A stretch of DNA of 38,727 nt, from IMG/VR virus record IMGVR_UViG_3300042399_000389, positions 1-38,727 of that record; one strand, 5' to 3'. The notes beneath the pieces were generated by a model. That model saw only the letters and a list, made by a program, of their open reading frames with translations. It searched no databases and was not told where the DNA came from. Position 1 is the first letter of the stretch, and every line of letters begins with the position of its first letter. The DNA is from a virus (taxonomy: Duplodnaviria; Caudoviricetes). This document shows, one piece after another, positions 35,751-38,727 of the stretch. A program made the translations under genes and the position numbers.

Positions 35751-36581
35751 ATGGAAAACGAAAACATAAGAATAGCACATCAATTTACGCTAAATAGACG
35801 CGATGCTACAAAACGATATGGTATTGCGCCATACCCGCAGTTTGATGCTTCTGAGAAGTACAGAAGTAAAGGTATGCAAGAAACCTTAGAAATGTTATGG
35901 GGTGTATACAAAGATGCAAATCAACTCGAAATTATCGCAAGAGTGTATACAATAGAATCTTTATGGTACTTAACTAAAAGAATTTTTGTAATTGATCCAA
36001 CAGTGGCAACAGAATTACTTAACTCTAAAGTATCTAAGAAAATAGATATGTCACAAGTAAGACTTCCTGACTGGGGCATTGCTGTAAGCGCAGGTAACCT
36101 GCGATTTAAAGCCGCCAAATTTCGATTACATTGTGATGGGTATTGTAAAGATCGATTAGTCTTCTGGGTACATGAGTCAGAAACTCAGCTTAATAGATTG
36201 TTTATGTATCCTGCAGATGAGGTTGTCGATCTAAGCGAATTTGAAGATGCCCAAGGGGATCAAATCCTGTCGGTGATATTGTATATAAGTGCAGTCAAGG
36301 ATACAATACCAAAGGCTTCACGTTCAAATAATCATGCCAAGCAGCCTAAAAAGATAAAACATTTTGATATGCCTGAACACTCAACCTCAGTAGTACTTGG
36401 TGCAAAGTTAGGGGAAAGGTTACGAGCTGGATATACTGGTACTAAACTCTCAAATGGAATGAAAGCTCATATTCGTAGGGCACATTGGCACAACTACTGG
36501 ACAGGCCCTAAAGACAACAGAAGGTTAATATGTAAGTGGACAAACTCCACGGGTGTTAATATGAATTTAGCCGATGTATAA
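35751..36581 (+). CDS. AcrVA2/FinQ-family protein (putative anti-defence factor)
   Basis: Collinear motifs that I recall from AcrVA2: W..T..I...D, LPDW, (L/I)G..LG...R and HIRR(A/G)HWH.YW.G......W.....VN. Recognised from memory, not by search. Confidence 0.7.
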   Translation: MENENIRIAHQFTLNRRDATKRYGIAPYPQFDASEKYRSKGMQETLEMLWGVYKDANQLEIIARVYTIESLWYLTKRIFVIDPTVATELLNSKVSKKIDMSQVRLPDWGIAVSAGNLRFKAAKFRLHCDGYCKDRLVFWVHESETQLNRLFMYPADEVVDLSEFEDAQGDQILSVILYISAVKDTIPKASRSNNHAKQPKKIKHFDMPEHSTSVVLGAKLGERLRAGYTGTKLSNGMKAHIRRAHWHNYWTGPKDNRRLICKWTNSTGVNMNLADV

Positions 36582-36616
36582 CGCGGGAAATACGGTATCT
36601 TATATGAAGTACAATA
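36580..36616 (+). promoter_or_regulatory. Conserved phage promoter/operator motif, copy 2
   Basis: AACGCGGGAAA-TACG-GTATCTTATATGAAGTACAATA; the 22-mer is at 36595-36616, upstream of the ATG at 36635. Confidence 0.85.
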
Positions 36617-36634
36617 CTAACTTGGAGATTAAAA

Positions 36635-36847
36635 ATGAAATACAAAGTAGTTATATATGAACGCGATGATACCGACACTTATTATGCTAAAAGAGACTTA
36701 TTAGACGTTTATGTAAATTTTGAAGAATATGAGCATATGATGTTATTTGTTGTTGATACTGAAACAGGTGCTTTTGAGATTATCTGTAACGAATCGCAAC
36801 TAAGGATAGCAGCTCAAAAATTATTGTATAAAGGGGAACCAAAATGA
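36635..36847 (+). CDS. Hypothetical protein (70 aa, acidic)
   Basis: RBS GGAG; follows motif copy 2; ATGA coupling to the next gene. Confidence 0.8.
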   Translation: MKYKVVIYERDDTDTYYAKRDLLDVYVNFEEYEHMMLFVVDTETGAFEIICNESQLRIAAQKLLYKGEPK

Positions 36848-37299
36848 TTAGGATAATGTACAATAAAACCAAAACTGTTGCTCAAGTAGTTTACGGTAAC
36901 ACTCAGATAGGATACAGAATTCGCTTTGATAGTAACCATAGAGTATGGGAGATTGATTTTGAAGACGAGCAGTTTAATAACATAGAAGCAGCAATTTTAC
37001 ATGTAATCTTAAACAGTCACGAGATGGAGGATGCTTGTGAAGAGAGATGCTGGGCAGACTCATCTTTTAGCTTAAGCAAAATGACAATTAGAAGTAAGTT
37101 TGGCACTACCTATAGCCTTATTACGCAAGGCGCTGGAGACTCATGGGATTTGTACACAATTTATGAAGACGATGAAGATGAGATTGAGGGGTATCCACCA
37201 GACAAGTTAATAACAAAAGCTTATAACTTTTATTCAACGGATTGCTTAATGACTTGGTTAGGCAGAACTTTTTACAAATTAAGATGGGAAGAAAGATGA
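36844..37299 (+). CDS. Hypothetical protein (151 aa, acidic, Trp/Tyr-rich)
   Basis: RBS AGGGG; ATGA overlaps at both ends. Confidence 0.8.
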   Translation: MIRIMYNKTKTVAQVVYGNTQIGYRIRFDSNHRVWEIDFEDEQFNNIEAAILHVILNSHEMEDACEERCWADSSFSLSKMTIRSKFGTTYSLITQGAGDSWDLYTIYEDDEDEIEGYPPDKLITKAYNFYSTDCLMTWLGRTFYKLRWEER

Positions 37300-37595
37300 G
37301 TACAGTAATGTTTATGATTGACGCGGTCTTTGATATACGCGTTAGAACCCATTCAGTATTTGAATATGTACTATTCGAAGCTGAATGCTACGATGAATGT
37401 ATTACTCTTCTGGACAGTGCTGATGCACGTCTTAGAATTGGTAATAATTACTCATACACTTGGAACCATACCCATTGGGATGGGCAAAGGCTAGAGTCAT
37501 TCATTACGCTTTTAGATTTACTTGATGATGATAAGTACAAATTAAACGTCCTTACAGAGGGCCATCTTTTCCAACAAGGGGTATTAGTATTATGA
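37296..37595 (+). CDS. Hypothetical protein (99 aa, acidic)
   Basis: The ATG at 37296 overlaps the upstream TGA (ATGA) and is preferred over the ORF-track start at 37242. Confidence 0.75.
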   Translation: MSTVMFMIDAVFDIRVRTHSVFEYVLFEAECYDECITLLDSADARLRIGNNYSYTWNHTHWDGQRLESFITLLDLLDDDKYKLNVLTEGHLFQQGVLVL

Positions 37596-37753
37596 GCGAA
37601 TGGTATAGTTTTATTGAAGCAATGTTAATGGTTGGTTTTTATTTTGTTTATGTAGCTTACAATGTATTTGCAGAAGACTGCAAAGATAGACGTAAGTATT
37701 GCAAAGCACGCCGGTGGCTACGTCAAGCTATTATCCAAAAGGACTACAAATAA
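37592..37753 (+). CDS. Small putative membrane protein (53 aa; not in ORF track)
   Basis: MSEWYSFIEAMLMVGFYFVYVAYNVFAEDCKDRRKYCKARRWLRQAIIQKDYK; ATGA coupling; one hydrophobic segment and a basic tail. Confidence 0.7.
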   Translation: MSEWYSFIEAMLMVGFYFVYVAYNVFAEDCKDRRKYCKARRWLRQAIIQKDYK

Positions 37754-37789
37754 ACGCGGGAAACGGGGTATCTTATATGAAGTACAATA
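37753..37789 (+). promoter_or_regulatory. Conserved phage promoter/operator motif, copy 3
   Basis: AACGCGGGAAA-CGGG-GTATCTTATATGAAGTACAATA; the 22-mer is at 37768-37789, upstream of the ATG at 37823. Confidence 0.85.
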
Positions 37790-37822
37790 AGGTACCTCAA
37801 TTAACTTAACAAGGAGAATACT

Positions 37823-38086
37823 ATGACATTTGAAATAACAAGAAAAGAAGTTTTCGAAGAGTTATCTGTAAAAGACCAAGAATACGTTATTAGCGAGTTA
37901 AATGCAATAATTAAAGAAGGAGCATTGGTTTCAATTCAGGCTGAAGAGTTCTATGAAAATGAAGTATCTTTATATGGAGTCTATTCGAAGAATATAGATG
38001 AAGATTACAATTATCGTTGTTCAGGCGGATTGTGGATTTACTCCAATCCAAAAGAACTTTTAGAAACATTTACAAAAGGTGATTAA
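37823..38086 (+). CDS. Hypothetical protein (87 aa, acidic)
   Basis: RBS AAGGAG; leader AGGAGAATACTATG is identical to that of the gene at 35751. Confidence 0.8.
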   Translation: MTFEITRKEVFEELSVKDQEYVISELNAIIKEGALVSIQAEEFYENEVSLYGVYSKNIDEDYNYRCSGGLWIYSNPKELLETFTKGD

Positions 38087-38087
38087 A

Positions 38088-38273
38088 ATGGAAGGTACAA
38101 TTTTTGAAATCGGTGGTTATGAGTTTTACATAGCTTGGAATGAAAAGATGACAATCTACAAGGTTTGGTATGATCGCGGCAATTACCTTGATAGACGCGC
38201 TCCAAAGTTTGAATGCACTTCTTATGAAGAGTCTGTAGCATTCTGTAAACTCAAATACGCTTACTGCGGGTAA
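38088..38273 (+). CDS. Hypothetical protein (61 aa)
   Basis: ATG at 38088 with RBS AAGGTG; a GTG start at 38079 is an alternative; the stop TAA forms part of the ribozyme stem III. Confidence 0.75.
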   Translation: MEGTIFEIGGYEFYIAWNEKMTIYKVWYDRGNYLDRRAPKFECTSYEESVAFCKLKYAYCG

Positions 38274-38327
38274 GTGTCTCGGGATGTGTATCCCAACTGA
38301 CGAGTCTGAAAAGACGAAACACACTTA
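38271..38327 (+). ncRNA. Type III hammerhead ribozyme; predicted cleavage after C38278 (GUC)
   Basis: Core CUGACGA at 38297-38303; stem II GUCU-GAAA-AGAC at 38304-38315; core GAAA at 38316-38319; stem III GUGU(38274-77)/ACAC(38319-22) extended by UAA/UUA; stem I GGGAU/AUCCC with a closing U-A pair. Confidence 0.9.
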
Positions 38328-38338
38328 GGAGTTATATT

Positions 38339-38515
38339 ATGTTTACTATTGAAATCAATGATGTAGAAATTGAAATGAAAGAAACAGGAATGGGTATTTG
38401 GGAAGGTTCTAGAGAATTTTATCAAGTAGTATTTGATGAATTTCTTCAAGAGTTGTTTGTAGCGTCAATGCTAGGCAACCGTATTGTTAAGTGTGAGAGC
38501 CAATTCTTATGCTAA
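38339..38515 (+). CDS. Hypothetical protein (58 aa, acidic; not in ORF track)
   Basis: MFTIEINDVEIEMKETGMGIWEGSREFYQVVFDEFLQELFVASMLGNRIVKCESQFLC; RBS AGGAG at 38327-38331. Confidence 0.75.
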   Translation: MFTIEINDVEIEMKETGMGIWEGSREFYQVVFDEFLQELFVASMLGNRIVKCESQFLC

Positions 38516-38625
38516 AACATACAGTTTATGGTATTGGAAATACCGTAATGTCTTCAATAGATATGAGTGCAGATGTAATTACAATTGGGCTAGTATTAGC
38601 TCTACTTTTAATGTTTACAAAATAG
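38509..38625 (+). CDS. Possible small membrane peptide (38 aa)
   Basis: MLKHTVYGIGNTVMSSIDMSADVITIGLVLALLLMFTK; overlaps the upstream stop and fills the gap to the next RBS. Confidence 0.5.
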   Translation: MLKHTVYGIGNTVMSSIDMSADVITIGLVLALLLMFTK

Positions 38626-38633
38626 GTGATATT

Positions 38634-38727
38634 ATGTTTCCTTTAATTGCGTTAGGTGTTACAGCTTTGGGTGGATTTGGTTATACTAAAACAAATTCTT
38701 ACAAAAGAAAAGTAGAACGTCATGCAA
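38634..38727 (+). CDS. Hypothetical protein with hydrophobic N-terminus, 3' partial
   Basis: RBS AGGTG; MFPLIALGVTALGGFGYTKTNSYKRKVERHA runs off the window. Confidence 0.6.
   Translation, partial: MFPLIALGVTALGGFGYTKTNSYKRKVERHA

Larger units (their letters stand above)
1..38727 (+). mobile_element. Segment of a tailed dsDNA phage genome with siphovirus-type (non-contractile) tail; late tail/lysis module followed by a probable early region
   Basis: Canonical gene order: head-tail joining, tail tube, frameshifted chaperone, tape measure, distal tail, hub, gpJ-like tip, fibres, holin. No sheath gene. No integrase, att site or host genes are visible, so prophage versus free phage cannot be decided. 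Confidence 0.95.

Noticed and set aside
35696-37789. The 22-bp repeats as a CRISPR array or att sites
   Set aside because: They are 0.9-1.2 kb apart with whole genes between them, always upstream of an RBS, and no cas or integrase gene is present.
392-38449. Minus-strand and alternate-frame ORFs in the track (for example 392..913, 14745..15437, 29531..29917, 38070..38324)
   Set aside because: They overlap well-supported + strand genes, show no recognisable motifs, and look like antisense or frame shadows of biased codons.

Overview
AT-rich segment of a long-tailed (siphovirus-type) bacteriophage genome. All credible genes lie on the + strand and use the standard code. Positions 1-35434 form a late morphogenesis and lysis operon. 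It runs from the head-tail joining genes through two paralogous tail tube genes, a tail assembly chaperone with a lambda G/GT-type GGGAAAG -1 frameshift, and an HK97 gp10-like protein. It continues with a 4330-aa tape measure protein carrying a lytic transglycosylase, distal tail and hub proteins, a 3098-aa gpJ-like tip, and an S74-chaperoned fibre. It ends with an internally duplicated glycine-rich gp38-like adhesin, a GNAT-like protein, a holin-like gene and a terminator. After a G-rich non-coding island, a probable early (host-takeover) region starts. There, three copies of an identical 22-bp motif precede gene clusters, and the first gene looks like an AcrVA2/FinQ-family protein. A complete type III hammerhead ribozyme (38271-38327) sits between a stop codon and the next ribosome-binding site. 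Three separate GC-rich islands share short words and may be a DNA-level signal. All family assignments come from motif recognition by eye; no database search was run.
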